DNA from: a virus
Taxonomy: Duplodnaviria; Heunggongvirae; Uroviricota; Caudoviricetes
DNA: 64,000 bases
Virus record (IMG/VR): IMGVR_UViG_2671181136_000006
Strand: one strand, 5' to 3'
Of this stretch, positions 18,284 through 28,658 are shown one piece after another (the first letter of the stretch is position 1; every line of letters starts with the position of its first letter). The notes below the pieces were generated by a model. The model had not been told where the DNA came from and did not search any database. It saw only the letters and a program-made list of their open reading frames with translations. A program made the translations under genes and the position numbers.

Positions 18284-20599
18284 TCAGATTTTGCAGGCTC
18301 CGTCGCACTCATCTTCTGGCTCGACGGCTACAGCTTGCGCCAGTGGATTCTGCGGTTCGTCGTCATCACGCTTTCCTGCACCATCTCTGGTGTTGTGGTA
18401 GTAAAGCGTTTTAACTCCCATCTTGTAGGCGAGAAGCAAATCTGACAGTAGCGTCATCATTGGGACTTTATCGCCTTCAAAGCGAGAAGGGTCATAGTTG
18501 GTATTGGCTGAAATAGCCTGGTCAAAGAACTTCTGGATGATCGCCACCTTTGTCAGATAGCCGCGGTTGTCCGGCATATCCCACAGGTATTCATACTGTT
18601 CCTTCAGTTTTTCAAACTCAGGCACGACCATCTTAACGATGCCGTCCTTAGAAGATTTCACCGACACCGGGCCACGAGGCGGTTCGATGCCGTTGGTGGA
18701 ATTAGTGATCTGGCTGGAAGTCTCGCATGGCATTTGTGCCGTCAGTGTGGAGTTGCGAAGGCCGTATTTTGCAATACGTTCACGCAGTTCTTCCCACGGC
18801 ATCTTTAACTCAAAGTTGGTTTCGCCACTTTCGTCTAATGAAGAACGGTAATGGTCGATCGGCAACTGACCAATTGCGTACTTGGTCTGCTCAAACCAGT
18901 CACACTCACCTTTTGCTTCAGCAAGTCGGCAGCTGGCATCAAGAAGGTAATACTGGATAGCTTCGAATGTTTCATGCACCAGTTTATTGCCAGCGGTATC
19001 AGAATAACGAACGCCATTCTTTGCCAGGTAATAAGCAAAGTTGGTTACACCAATTCCCAAGCTACGACGAGCTTTGGCAGGCACTTCGGCTGCCTCCATC
19101 GGATAGTCTTGATAATCCAGTAACGAATCCAGTGCAGCAACGGCATAGAACGCCACCTCTTTAAGAGACTCCAGTGAACGGATGGCTCCGAGGTTAAAAG
19201 CGGATAAAGTGCATAGCGCGATCTCACCGTTCGGGTCGTCGGTAAATGCCAGTGGACGGGTGGGTAGGGTGATCTCCATACACAGGTTTGACTGGCGGAC
19301 AGGTGCAAGAGCAGGAATGAAAGCGCCATGCTCATTAATATGATCGACGTTCGCAATATAAATTCGGCCCGTGGACGCTCGTTCCTGCATCAGAGATGAG
19401 AACAGCTCAATGGCAGGTACTGACTTCTTGCGAATTGAATCATCGGCTTCGTATTTATGGTACAGCTTTTCAAACAGCTCCTGGTCTGTGAAGAAGGCTT
19501 CGTACATATCAGGCACATCATGCGGGCTGAACAGAGTGATGTTCTCGCTTCTGACGAGTCGACGGTACATTAGACGGTTACTCATGACGCCGTAATCAAG
19601 ATGGCGAACGCGGTTTTCATCAATACCACGGTTATTTTTCACCACCAGCAGACTTTCAACTTCAAGATGCCAGATCGGGTAAAACGCTGTTGCTGCGCCA
19701 CCACGAACACCACCTTGCGAACAAGATTTAACAGCCGTCTGGAAATGCTTCAGGAATGGAATAACTCCGGTATGGGTGGCTTCACCATTGCGGATCTCGC
19801 TGCCCAGCGCACGGATACGGCCAAAACCAATACCAATTCCAGCACGACGTGAAACGTAGTCGATAATTGCGGCTGAAGCTGCACTAATCCCTTTCAGACT
19901 ATCGCCAGACTCAATCAGCACACAACTGGAGAACTGACGGGTTGGAGTACGGACGCCGGCCATGATTGGTGTGGGCAGAGACAGTTTGAACGTACTTGTA
20001 ACGTCATAGAAACCTTTGACCATCTCCATACGTGTTTTGCCAGCGCAGTCGTCTTCCCAATTCTGGAACAGACACATGCCTACCAGCATATAGATATGTT
20101 GCGGCCCCTCATGAATCTCACCAGTAACACGGTTTTGAACGAGGTATTTGCTTTGCAACTGCACCGTAGCTGCATAGCCAAAAAGATCGTCACGTTTAGG
20201 CTTAATGTAATTGCCGAGTTCTTCGATCTCTTCAAACGAATAATGTGTCAGCAAATCCTTGTCATAAACGCCCTTGTTAACGTTCTTGACAATGTGTTGG
20301 TAGAAGTTCGGATAGTCGTAACGACCGAAGGCATCTTTGCGGATTTTAAAAATGTTCAGGCGGGCAGCCACCTGTGAGTAATTTGGTGCTTCTGGTGAGA
20401 TCAAATCAGCGGCAGATTTAACCAAAGCCTCATGCAACTGGCTGGTGGTCATCCCATCAAAAATGCTGGCCGCAGCTCCCATTGCTACAGCGGATGCGCT
20501 TACACCACGAATGCCTTCTACGCCATACATTACGACGCGGTTGTATTTTTCTTCGGATAACGGCTCTGTTTGGCCGTTACGTTTTACGATGCTTATCAT
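18284..20599 (-). CDS. nrdA: ribonucleotide reductase class Ia alpha subunit
   Basis: 771 aa; N-terminal ATP-cone (VKRNG..E....K), catalytic-site motifs, C-terminal CxxC tail. Confidence 0.95.
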   Translation of the reverse strand: MISIVKRNGQTEPLSEEKYNRVVMYGVEGIRGVSASAVAMGAAASIFDGMTTSQLHEALVKSAADLISPEAPNYSQVAARLNIFKIRKDAFGRYDYPNFYQHIVKNVNKGVYDKDLLTHYSFEEIEELGNYIKPKRDDLFGYAATVQLQSKYLVQNRVTGEIHEGPQHIYMLVGMCLFQNWEDDCAGKTRMEMVKGFYDVTSTFKLSLPTPIMAGVRTPTRQFSSCVLIESGDSLKGISAASAAIIDYVSRRAGIGIGFGRIRALGSEIRNGEATHTGVIPFLKHFQTAVKSCSQGGVRGGAATAFYPIWHLEVESLLVVKNNRGIDENRVRHLDYGVMSNRLMYRRLVRSENITLFSPHDVPDMYEAFFTDQELFEKLYHKYEADDSIRKKSVPAIELFSSLMQERASTGRIYIANVDHINEHGAFIPALAPVRQSNLCMEITLPTRPLAFTDDPNGEIALCTLSAFNLGAIRSLESLKEVAFYAVAALDSLLDYQDYPMEAAEVPAKARRSLGIGVTNFAYYLAKNGVRYSDTAGNKLVHETFEAIQYYLLDASCRLAEAKGECDWFEQTKYAIGQLPIDHYRSSLDESGETNFELKMPWEELRERIAKYGLRNSTLTAQMPCETSSQITNSTNGIEPPRGPVSVKSSKDGIVKMVVPEFEKLKEQYEYLWDMPDNRGYLTKVAIIQKFFDQAISANTNYDPSRFEGDKVPMMTLLSDLLLAYKMGVKTLYYHNTRDGAGKRDDDEPQNPLAQAVAVEPEDECDGACKI

Positions 20600-20672
20600 G
20601 TATCACCAAATAAAGAGGGCCACTAAATATAGTGGCCCATGTTAATAGATAAGTACTTACCTATCAATGAAA

Positions 20673-21242
20673 TCAAATGAGAGACTTAAGAACATCGCGC
20701 ACCTGGCGGAACTGATCTGTTTGCATACCGGTATGGATGGCAGCCACCGCATCAGCCAAATGTTCGTTTTTGTTCACGAGAACATCCTGTCCAGATTGCT
20801 TACGACGCAGCCACGGTGCTTTAGGGTGTTTTTTCGTAGCCCACTGGATAATCTCTTCTTTCGATGTAGTAAGTTTATTGCCGACAAAATGCTTAATTTC
20901 GTTTGGAGTAACCTGGATCAATGGCTTATCCACACACGCAAGTACACCGATACAAATACCGTAAGACGTCTGCGAACGAGAGCTTTGGCTCCCAACCGGT
21001 AGCTCACAAAAAACCATATTTGCCTTATCAATGATTGGCTTCGCAACACGCCATATTTCACTGGCACGACGCAGATCGTCACTGTTCACACGAACGGTCT
21101 TTTTGTTACTCCCCGCCTTAGTCTCAACAAGAGTAAGGCCGTGAATCTCAAGTTCGTCCGTTTCAAGGTCTAAAGTGCCCACAGCAAGCCCAAAGTTGCT
21201 CATAGAGGGATCAACACCAACTACGCTGATTTTTTTACTCAT
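20673..21242 (-). CDS. RuvC-like Holliday-junction resolvase (RNase H fold)
   Basis: VVGVDPSMSNFGLAVG N-terminus and C-terminal ADAVAAIH resemble RuvC; moderate. Confidence 0.5.
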   Translation of the reverse strand: MSKKISVVGVDPSMSNFGLAVGTLDLETDELEIHGLTLVETKAGSNKKTVRVNSDDLRRASEIWRVAKPIIDKANMVFCELPVGSQSSRSQTSYGICIGVLACVDKPLIQVTPNEIKHFVGNKLTTSKEEIIQWATKKHPKAPWLRRKQSGQDVLVNKNEHLADAVAAIHTGMQTDQFRQVRDVLKSLI

Positions 21243-21251
21243 ATAGTCTCC

Positions 21252-21995
21252 TTACCATGTTCCCCATATAGGGTTTTCCAATAATCTCGCCTCCAACGAA
21301 TTGGTTACTATTGCCGTTTGCAACGTTGGTTGGGGAGAGTTTGCAAAGTCTGAATACTCATTTTCCTGCGTGACACGTTTATCTGCGGCATGTTTAACAC
21401 CACTTGCTATGAAATGACGCATGATGCCCAACAGCCTCCGACTGTCTGCACTATCGTTTGCTAAAACATGAGGGAGCTGAAGTTCGATTTCTACCATTTC
21501 TCCATACTTACCAACAAACTGTAGTTTGTCCGCACTGTACTTTTTATCCCTCCTTTGGATAAGGAAACCAGTAAAAGCATCACCTGGCGATGCCAAACTA
21601 TCTACCCGCTTATTGGCAAGTCGAATAAGGTTCGTGAAAGCCATACAGTGATGCGCACCCATTCCCCCAAAGAACCCTTCGCTATTAATGTTAAGATCTT
21701 CATTTTCATGGGATGCAATAAACCCAGGCCCGACGTTGGGAAGATATCCCCCCTCAACAAAAGGATTAATCAGGATCGGCGCAATACATCCAGGTGGTAG
21801 TGATTTCAAACTTTGCATCAATGGCGTCTCGGATATTAGACCAAGCAACGCGGCGAATTGTACTCCGTCAATATTGTTGCTGCCCCACAGAATACGTGGA
21901 GCCGCACCATTGGAAGTATGCCCATTGATCAGTTTTATCGACTGCATCACTGCAAATACCTGCAAAAACTGCGAGCGGCTTAATTTAAACGACAT
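21252..21995 (-). CDS. hypothetical protein
   Basis: 247-aa ORF. Confidence 0.4.
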   Translation of the reverse strand: MSFKLSRSQFLQVFAVMQSIKLINGHTSNGAAPRILWGSNNIDGVQFAALLGLISETPLMQSLKSLPPGCIAPILINPFVEGGYLPNVGPGFIASHENEDLNINSEGFFGGMGAHHCMAFTNLIRLANKRVDSLASPGDAFTGFLIQRRDKKYSADKLQFVGKYGEMVEIELQLPHVLANDSADSRRLLGIMRHFIASGVKHAADKRVTQENEYSDFANSPQPTLQTAIVTNSLEARLLENPIWGTW

Positions 21996-23901
21996 AGCTG
22001 CGCCCCTCTTTAACTTCCAGCGTAATAGTTTCCCGGAACCATGACTTCATCTCTTTATGGGAGATAATCAGCACAGTACCTCGCTCGCGAGCTTTGGACT
22101 CCAGAATCCCCATGAGGCGTTCAAGACCGGCTGTATCGAGTGCATCGTCAATTTCGTCGCCGATAAACAAATCGATGTTTTTACTCGCCCGGTTACTAAC
22201 CAGATCCTGCAATGCCAAAGAACACGCAATGCGAACCTTCCGCTTCTCACCACCAGAGAGGGTCTGGAACGACTTACTTGAACCTTTCTTCTGCACACTA
22301 ATGTTGAATTTGTCGCGATACTCACCTTTTTTAGTGACATCCATCGTCGACCACTCAGCAGTAATATTCCCGTCAGACAACGTATTGAGATACTCGGCAG
22401 TGCGTGTATTCAGGAAAGGCGTAACAGACGTCAAAATATGAGAACGCACCCCGGCAGGAGAGTAGACCTGACGAGCTTTTTCCAATAGCAACGTTTGTTC
22501 CTGAATAGCCTTCAGCTCATCTTTTAAGGACTTGAAGGTAGACTTACTGGATACCAGGTTATCTTCGTGTCTGGCGATAAGAGCAATAAACGGATTAATC
22601 TCTTTTGATATACGATCGACCTCAGTACGAGCACGAGTCACAAGAGACTCAATAGCAACAACCTCCTTCTCACGATGACGCAAAGATGAGAGTTGTTTCG
22701 TAAGCTCTTCAATCCGGGCAATGATAGCCGTTACATCAGGTGTCGTTTTAACAAGGGCAGACTCAATGCTTAACGCTTTCTCAAGATTCGTTTTGTGTTT
22801 AGCCATTGCCTCTGCAAGTGTCTTCGCCTGACCAATTTCCTGACGTGCTTGTTCAATGAAATTCTCCTTCACCGTTGATAGATCTTCTTCGCAGTAGGCT
22901 TTGCCACAAGTAGGGCATGGTGATCCCACTTTAGTACCAACCTCTTCTGCTTTGGTCTTAAAATTACGCGCGCGGTTCATTGCATCAGCCTGACTATTTT
23001 CTGTAGCTTTGATGCTTGCCCGAATATCAGTTATCGCACCACGAACTTTGAGCAACTTGGCGTCATGTTCTTCTTTTGAGGCTAACTTTTTGCGCTCACT
23101 TTCGATTGCCTTCTCGGTATCACGGATCTGTTCGGGAAGAGTGCGGATCTCAAGTTCAACTTCCGTTAACTCAACTTCGGCACTTGCCAGCCCAGCCAGG
23201 GCATCGTCATAACGTTTAGAACGCTCTTGTTCCCATGATTCAGAAGAGGCTTTCGCGGACTCAATTTCTGACTGTGTTGCCTCAATGGTCGAGATTGTCG
23301 ACTCCAATTTGGTTTTAACCACGTCCATGCGTGCGGCAGCTGCGTTAGCTCGTTCACGAGCAATAGCGTAGGCGCGTGTCAGTCTGTCAACGCCAGCGGC
23401 TTCTTCTACGATGGTTTTGAGGTTTTTGTCGGACATTCCAGGTAAATCTGGCATAGCTTCTTGGCTCGCATAGATGGAAGCCATGAAAACCTCTTTAGAT
23501 GCACCGATCAGACGCTCGACGAACTCTTGCGTCAGCGCATCTTTGCCTTTCGTCATATCGCCGTCTTCACCACGAACGATAAGCCGATTTTTGAACTCTT
23601 TGTGTTTACGGTGACGAATGATCGCATATCTTTTGCCTTCATCCTCGATGGTTACTGCAACACGACAGTTCTTTTCATGGTCGGTAGACAACACATCGTC
23701 ACCCTTCACACCATGAGCTGTTTCGCCATAAAGACACCACATCAGGCTATTCATTAGCGTTGACTTTCCAGAGCCATTACTTGATGCGGAACTATCATCA
23801 CTATTAACACCCTGAATGAGCACTAAACCACGCTGATCTAACTCGACCTCCGCGCTGGCGATAGCCATAAAATTCTCAACCTGGAGCTTTAAAAACTTCA
23901 T
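21985..23901 (-). CDS. sbcC: SbcC/Rad50-like ATPase
   Basis: N-terminal NFMAI...LIQGVN..SSNGSGKST Walker A, long coiled-coil, C-terminal LSGGE signature and Walker B/D-loop. Confidence 0.85.
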   Translation of the reverse strand: MKFLKLQVENFMAIASAEVELDQRGLVLIQGVNSDDSSASSNGSGKSTLMNSLMWCLYGETAHGVKGDDVLSTDHEKNCRVAVTIEDEGKRYAIIRHRKHKEFKNRLIVRGEDGDMTKGKDALTQEFVERLIGASKEVFMASIYASQEAMPDLPGMSDKNLKTIVEEAAGVDRLTRAYAIARERANAAAARMDVVKTKLESTISTIEATQSEIESAKASSESWEQERSKRYDDALAGLASAEVELTEVELEIRTLPEQIRDTEKAIESERKKLASKEEHDAKLLKVRGAITDIRASIKATENSQADAMNRARNFKTKAEEVGTKVGSPCPTCGKAYCEEDLSTVKENFIEQARQEIGQAKTLAEAMAKHKTNLEKALSIESALVKTTPDVTAIIARIEELTKQLSSLRHREKEVVAIESLVTRARTEVDRISKEINPFIALIARHEDNLVSSKSTFKSLKDELKAIQEQTLLLEKARQVYSPAGVRSHILTSVTPFLNTRTAEYLNTLSDGNITAEWSTMDVTKKGEYRDKFNISVQKKGSSKSFQTLSGGEKRKVRIACSLALQDLVSNRASKNIDLFIGDEIDDALDTAGLERLMGILESKARERGTVLIISHKEMKSWFRETITLEVKEGRSYVV

Positions 23902-24176
23902 ATAACACCTTTGATACCGTGTGTTAGCTTTTGACCTTCTTTCAATCTGAACTCCGTATGCGCCGGGAAGGATCTGCGCCTCAATACGCCTTTTCTGGTT
24001 AACCTTCCAAGATAAAACGCTACGGGATTTCCTTGTGGCGGGTAGGGCTTGTGAAACATCACCGTCTGGCCTCGTTCAAGTCTTTTCATCGTGATGGCAA
24101 AGTCTCGAAAGCTCCCATAACGACTTTGCCTCACACAGCCTCCGAACTCTCCGCTTCGGTGAGGATTTCCTGACAC
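23898..24176 (-). CDS. small hypothetical protein
   Basis: 92-aa ORF between sbcD and sbcC, overlaps both. Confidence 0.3.
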   Translation of the reverse strand: MSGNPHRSGEFGGCVRQSRYGSFRDFAITMKRLERGQTVMFHKPYPPQGNPVAFYLGRLTRKGVLRRRSFPAHTEFRLKEGQKLTHGIKGVI

Positions 24177-25216
24177 AAAATATCCAACTTGCTCAGATCA
24201 AATCCGCCGTCAGTATCGTGGACAATCTTGCAATAAGCAGATACCGACTCTCCCAGGCTATCGATTTTGCTGGTTTCCGTTGTGCTTGCTGTCCCTTCCA
24301 TCATTGATGACTTACGGATGAAGTTGCACACGACACCTTTTGCACCCATTGTTTTGAGGATGTTCTGGTACTTAATGCCTTCTTCATCGTTCTCAATTAC
24401 GGCGCGGAAACGCACGTAGTTGCCGCGAATTTGGTCATCGGCAACATAATCTTCCAGGTTAATGAATTTAGGCGCACTGGTTTCGTAGTGACTGAAACTG
24501 CCATCCGGGTTTACGATCATGTAACCAGCCAGAGATCCAACATCTCCCCAATTTTGATGGGTCAGCGCACCGACACTGATAACTCCAGGAATGACCTCTT
24601 TGTGGTTGTGGTAATGCCCACTAAGCACGAGACGAAAGCCGATATCCTTTAACTCCTGCGCATCGATACCGACGTCAGGCATTGTTGGAATGGCTTTGTT
24701 AATGGATGTATGGATAACAACGTCATGATTATCACCTTCTACACTCTTACGTAATGCTTTCAGATCGCTGATAAGCTCCGCATGATTGTTACGCCAGCTA
24801 ATCAGGTGGACAGTCACATCACCAATTTTTATTGAGTGTGGGCGTTTGCCACATACGATTACCACGCCGATAGAACTCAGCGATGCTGCTGCGTTGGCGC
24901 TATATACTGAATCGTTGGTTTCAAGATCGTGATTACCGGCCAGCATTACTACTGTCAGATCAAGCTCGTTGATAATCCACTTGTACGTTTCAGTTACGTA
25001 ATGCAAAACAGAAGGGGACACAGTTCCTCGGACGTGAAATGTATCACCGGCAACCAACATGTACTTACAACCGGCCTTCTTCATGGCGATGGCTGCTTCT
25101 TTCGTTGCTTCCAACTGTATTTCAAGTCTGGAGTTAAGCCCCTCTGCGTTCGTCGTGGAGAACGCATCCCATTTGTGGTAGTGGCAGTCAGAAATGACGC
25201 CGTATGGCAAAGTCAT
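24131..25216 (-). CDS. sbcD: SbcD/Mre11-like nuclease (calcineurin-like phosphoesterase)
   Basis: SDCHYH, AGDTFH, GNHD, GHYH metallophosphoesterase motifs. Confidence 0.85.
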   Translation of the reverse strand: MTLPYGVISDCHYHKWDAFSTTNAEGLNSRLEIQLEATKEAAIAMKKAGCKYMLVAGDTFHVRGTVSPSVLHYVTETYKWIINELDLTVVMLAGNHDLETNDSVYSANAAASLSSIGVVIVCGKRPHSIKIGDVTVHLISWRNNHAELISDLKALRKSVEGDNHDVVIHTSINKAIPTMPDVGIDAQELKDIGFRLVLSGHYHNHKEVIPGVISVGALTHQNWGDVGSLAGYMIVNPDGSFSHYETSAPKFINLEDYVADDQIRGNYVRFRAVIENDEEGIKYQNILKTMGAKGVVCNFIRKSSMMEGTASTTETSKIDSLGESVSAYCKIVHDTDGGFDLSKLDILCQEILTEAESSEAV

Positions 25217-25470
25217 GTGTTTTTCCTTTGTGGTTATTTTGATACAAATTTTAAGAGCAATGAGAAGGTAAACAACTATGCATAACGGTATGTTAGGAAT
25301 GAAACGAGCGTCTTAATATACAAAATTTATAAGTAAGTATATACCTATTTATTGTGGCGCAACTTTGCTTGTCTGTATGACTAAAAATAAGACAGGATCA
25401 CTGTAGAACGCTATGAGAGCTATTTTGAGGAGGCGTAGATTCTATCTACGCCAATATACGATCTGGAGGG

Positions 25471-26115
25471 TTACAGCGCGTCAGTGGGCTTTTTACGCGC
25501 TGCGTTTATGCTTATGACGCCAGCTTTTGGACGTGGGTCAACAAGGTTAAGCTCTTCTTCGCTGTGGTATTCGAGGTCGAACTCACGTTTTACATGTCTG
25601 ATGTAGATTGCGGTGAGCAGGCTATCTTTGGTCAGAAAGTGTCCGTAGGATTTGCGGATCACTTCTTCTACCTTCTCGATTTTCTCACCACCCATACAGA
25701 GATGATTAAACCGGCTGTGTTTCCGCAACATTTCGTCTACTGGGCCTGAGTAAACCTTGTCTACTTTCCCAAAACGGATGATTTTCCCTGTGTCTGCGGA
25801 TACGAGGCAAATCAGCTTGTCTGGTGATAAACGATCTCGCCACGTCACACCTGAACGGAGTGTGTTGAAGTAGGGAGCATCCAATCCGATGATCGGTTTA
25901 CGAAATGCGAGTAATGGAACGTACCTGATGCAACTGTTTAAATGAAAATTCACACCAGCCTTATCAAGTTTAATTCTGGTTTCGTAGATCGGGCACTTCG
26001 CCGCTATACCGCAGATGTCACAAAGCAACTTCTGCTTATTCAGGTTGGAATTTGATTCGATAGTGTAGGAGCCGTCTTCAAGACGACGAACCCAGCGCGT
26101 GCGTTTTAGATCCAT
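25471..26115 (-). CDS. hypothetical protein
   Basis: 214-aa ORF. Confidence 0.4.
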   Translation of the reverse strand: MDLKRTRWVRRLEDGSYTIESNSNLNKQKLLCDICGIAAKCPIYETRIKLDKAGVNFHLNSCIRYVPLLAFRKPIIGLDAPYFNTLRSGVTWRDRLSPDKLICLVSADTGKIIRFGKVDKVYSGPVDEMLRKHSRFNHLCMGGEKIEKVEEVIRKSYGHFLTKDSLLTAIYIRHVKREFDLEYHSEEELNLVDPRPKAGVISINAARKKPTDAL

Positions 26116-26199
26116 ATGTCATTTTTCTGTGATTGTTAGCCGAGGCAACGATAACCCACCAGGTGCGCCGAAGGTAGTAAATGCCTGTTTTAATTATTC

Positions 26200-26300
26200 A
26201 CATATCCACAGGATAGATCCTAATAAAGAGATCCATAGATAGATCCTTGTATAGATCAAATAAGATCCCCGATCGCTGTAAGCCGCGCCACGACTGGTCT
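26200..26300. promoter_or_regulatory. origin-like region: DnaA-box-like ATATCCACA plus six GATC sites in about 60 bp
   Basis: ATATCCACA at 26203-26210 (8/9 to TTATCCACA); GATC at 26216, 26230, 26242, 26254, 26264, 26271; directly upstream of iterons. Confidence 0.55.
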
Positions 26301-26315
26301 GAAGCCATGTTCATG

Positions 26316-26416
26316 TATGCTGTCAGCGGTAATTGATAGTCTGTCAGCGGTTCACCGTATGCTGCCAACTGTTTTTGGTATTCTGTCAGCGGCAAATCAA
26401 GTATGCTGTCAGCGGT
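26316..26416 (+). repeat. upstream iteron cluster (about 5 copies of TATGCTGTCAGCGGT and variants)
   Basis: copies at 26316, about 26337, about 26358 (partial), about 26389, 26402. Confidence 0.8.
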
Positions 26417-26436
26417 TGAATGACAAAGGTGTCCAC

Positions 26437-27531
26437 ATGTCCACAAAAAATAAAAAAGGTAAAAATAACAAAGAAGTAGAAGATAATCTCGACAACTTTG
26501 AAGAAGGTTCCCTTGAATTGTACACAGGGGAACTTGTCCCTAATAGCAACAATACAGTCCAACCAATTGCGTTGATGCGGCTGGGATTGTTCGTGCCCAC
26601 GCTCAAGGGGACAAAATACAGCAAGCGTAACAAGCCAAATGAGATCGATGCTTCAAAGGAGCTTGTTCAGCTCGAAGTAGCCCGTTCTGAAGGCTATTCC
26701 GATATCAAGATAACCGGTCCTCGTCTCGACATGGATCATGATTTCAAAACGTGGGTGGGCGTTGTGCGTTCGCTGGCAGAATACGGCGAACCTAACGGTC
26801 GTGTCGAGTTAAGCATCACGAAATTTGCGAAGTTTTGTGGCTATCCATCGTCACAGATCCGCAAAACACTCCGCGACCGGCTTACAAACAGTCTTTTGAA
26901 GATCATGCGTACAACTCTGTCTTTCCAGAGAACGTATGAAGAAAAGAACGTCGACGGCTCTAACAAGATCTCGCTTCTGATGGTGCACCTCATCAATAGC
27001 GTGGACTACAACGAGCAGAAAGATACGGTGGTGTTCTATGCAGAACCGAAGCTGGCCGAACTATATCGCTTTGACCATAAGGTTCTTTTGCAGTTAAAGG
27101 TTATCAATAAGCTACCACGCAAAGAAACAGCACAGGCTCTGTACACCTTCATCGAAAGTCTTCCAACCAAGCCTGCGCCGGTATCGCTTGCTCGATTGCG
27201 TGCGCGACTCAATTTGAGTAGCAGGAATGTCAGCTCGCAGAATCAGACTATACGCAACGGCTTAAAAGCTCTCCAAGATTTGGGCTATCTCGAATACAGC
27301 GAGATTAAGCGTGGGCGGTCGATCTATATCCAGATTCACAGCCGCAATCCAAAACTCAAAGTCGCACCGCCAAAACCTGAAGACATCGAACCCAAAAAAC
27401 TAGATGAGAAAGCTGGGGAAATTGATGCCAAACAGAACATTATCAACAAGATAACCGAACTTTCGCAGAATTTGACGCCTGAAAATATCAAGATGATTGA
27501 GATCCTTTCCAATAGTCTCAAACTGCTTTGA
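26437..27531 (+). CDS. repA: iteron-binding replication initiator (RepA/RepE-like)
   Basis: basic N-terminus, winged-helix-like pattern, flanked on both sides by 15-bp iterons; start set to ATG 26437 because the longer ORF runs through the iterons. Confidence 0.75.
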   Translation: MSTKNKKGKNNKEVEDNLDNFEEGSLELYTGELVPNSNNTVQPIALMRLGLFVPTLKGTKYSKRNKPNEIDASKELVQLEVARSEGYSDIKITGPRLDMDHDFKTWVGVVRSLAEYGEPNGRVELSITKFAKFCGYPSSQIRKTLRDRLTNSLLKIMRTTLSFQRTYEEKNVDGSNKISLLMVHLINSVDYNEQKDTVVFYAEPKLAELYRFDHKVLLQLKVINKLPRKETAQALYTFIESLPTKPAPVSLARLRARLNLSSRNVSSQNQTIRNGLKALQDLGYLEYSEIKRGRSIYIQIHSRNPKLKVAPPKPEDIEPKKLDEKAGEIDAKQNIINKITELSQNLTPENIKMIEILSNSLKLL

Positions 27532-28062
27532 TATGCTGTCAGCGGTGAAATGTATGCTATCAGCGGCTATTTTTCTGAAAAGTATGCTGTGAACGGTTAA
27601 AGATATGCTACCAGCGGTATAGTGAGATGAACGTATGCTGTGAGCGGTAAATCATCTATCACCACTCAATGCTCTGTCATACCTCCCCAGTGGTTACTAA
27701 CCTCGAAGAGTGCATTCCATATAGGTTTGCGCTCACTAACATTCTATTGCTATTGCGCTGATTGCTTGTAGTGAAAGGCATTTATTGCCTGCTACTCCCT
27801 GATAGAACGTATGCTGTCAGCGGTGTGTTATTGAGGAATTTTTGTTTGGATATGCTATCAGCGGTAATTAATGGTATATGTCAGACATTCGTATGCTGCC
27901 AGCGGTAATTTTGTTCTGGTTATACCCATACCGGGACACATTATTCATGCAATTTCTTAAGTATGCTGTCAGCGGTAAAAAATCGAGTAAAGTATGCTGT
28001 GAGCGGTGAGATAGACTCTCGATATGCTATCAGCGGTAGTTGATTGTGTATGCTGTCAGCGG
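27532..28062 (+). repeat. downstream iteron clusters (about 12 copies, two groups)
   Basis: TATGCT(G/A)(T/C)(C/G)A(G/A)CGGT at 27532, 27553, 27583, 27604, 27634, 27810, 27851, 27892, 27962, 27992, 28023, 28048; followed by GACTGCGGAACGTGCCGCAGTC hairpin. Confidence 0.8.
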
Positions 28063-28110
28063 TGACGACTATGAAATATGACTGCGGAACGTGCCGCAGT
28101 CAGTTTGCAT

Positions 28111-28323
28111 TTAGTGTATTTTCTTTAACAGACCCCAAAGTGTTCCGGCTTTTGTAGTCAGTTTTCCTGTTTCTGGATCGTACATACGCCATTCACGCCG
28201 CTGGTGGACGATATACCCATCTTCACGTTCCAGACGCTCAAGAATGCCAGGCTGCTTGAAACCCTTAGCACGCCAGTAGCCGCTTGTTTTCTCGATTTCC
28301 AGACCTGCCAGTGTTAATGCCAT
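28111..28323 (-). CDS. hypothetical protein
   Basis: 70-aa ORF. Confidence 0.3.
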   Translation of the reverse strand: MALTLAGLEIEKTSGYWRAKGFKQPGILERLEREDGYIVHQRREWRMYDPETGKLTTKAGTLWGLLKKIH

Positions 28324-28658
28324 TACCCAACCTCCTTGCAGTCATCGAAAAGGTAGCTTTGCTGAGAAGCGTGAACGCCATAGAAGCCCTTGTATTTGTT
28401 GTATACGAAGTGGTCTTCTCCGACGCCGGTTAATTTGCCATTACGATTTGTGAGATATGGGGATGACAACACTCGATCGTCACGCACAACATAGAACTGG
28501 TCGCCGCTGTCTACGACCATCGCTCCATATGGTGCTTTTATGACGTCGGTAAGAGTGCCATTCTTAACGTCGGCTACAGACATTTCACACTGATAAACAG
28601 TGGTGTCGGCCACAACGATCGAAGAAAGAAACAACAGCGCGAATGGGATGGTCTTCAT
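28323..28658 (-). CDS. secreted hypothetical protein
   Basis: N-terminal signal peptide MKTIPFALLFLSSIVVA. Confidence 0.45.
   Translation of the reverse strand: MKTIPFALLFLSSIVVADTTVYQCEMSVADVKNGTLTDVIKAPYGAMVVDSGDQFYVVRDDRVLSSPYLTNRNGKLTGVGEDHFVYNKYKGFYGVHASQQSYLFDDCKEVG

Noticed and set aside
26317-26436. Longer RepA start at 26317 as given in the ORF track
   Set aside because: The extended N-terminus is encoded entirely by the iteron repeats; ATG 26437 with an upstream purine-rich stretch is the credible start.
26316-28062. Possible CRISPR array, given the many short direct repeats
   Set aside because: Repeats are 15 bp with irregular 6-55 bp spacing and degenerate variants, flank a Rep-like gene on both sides and lack cas genes; this is the iteron pattern of a plasmid origin.
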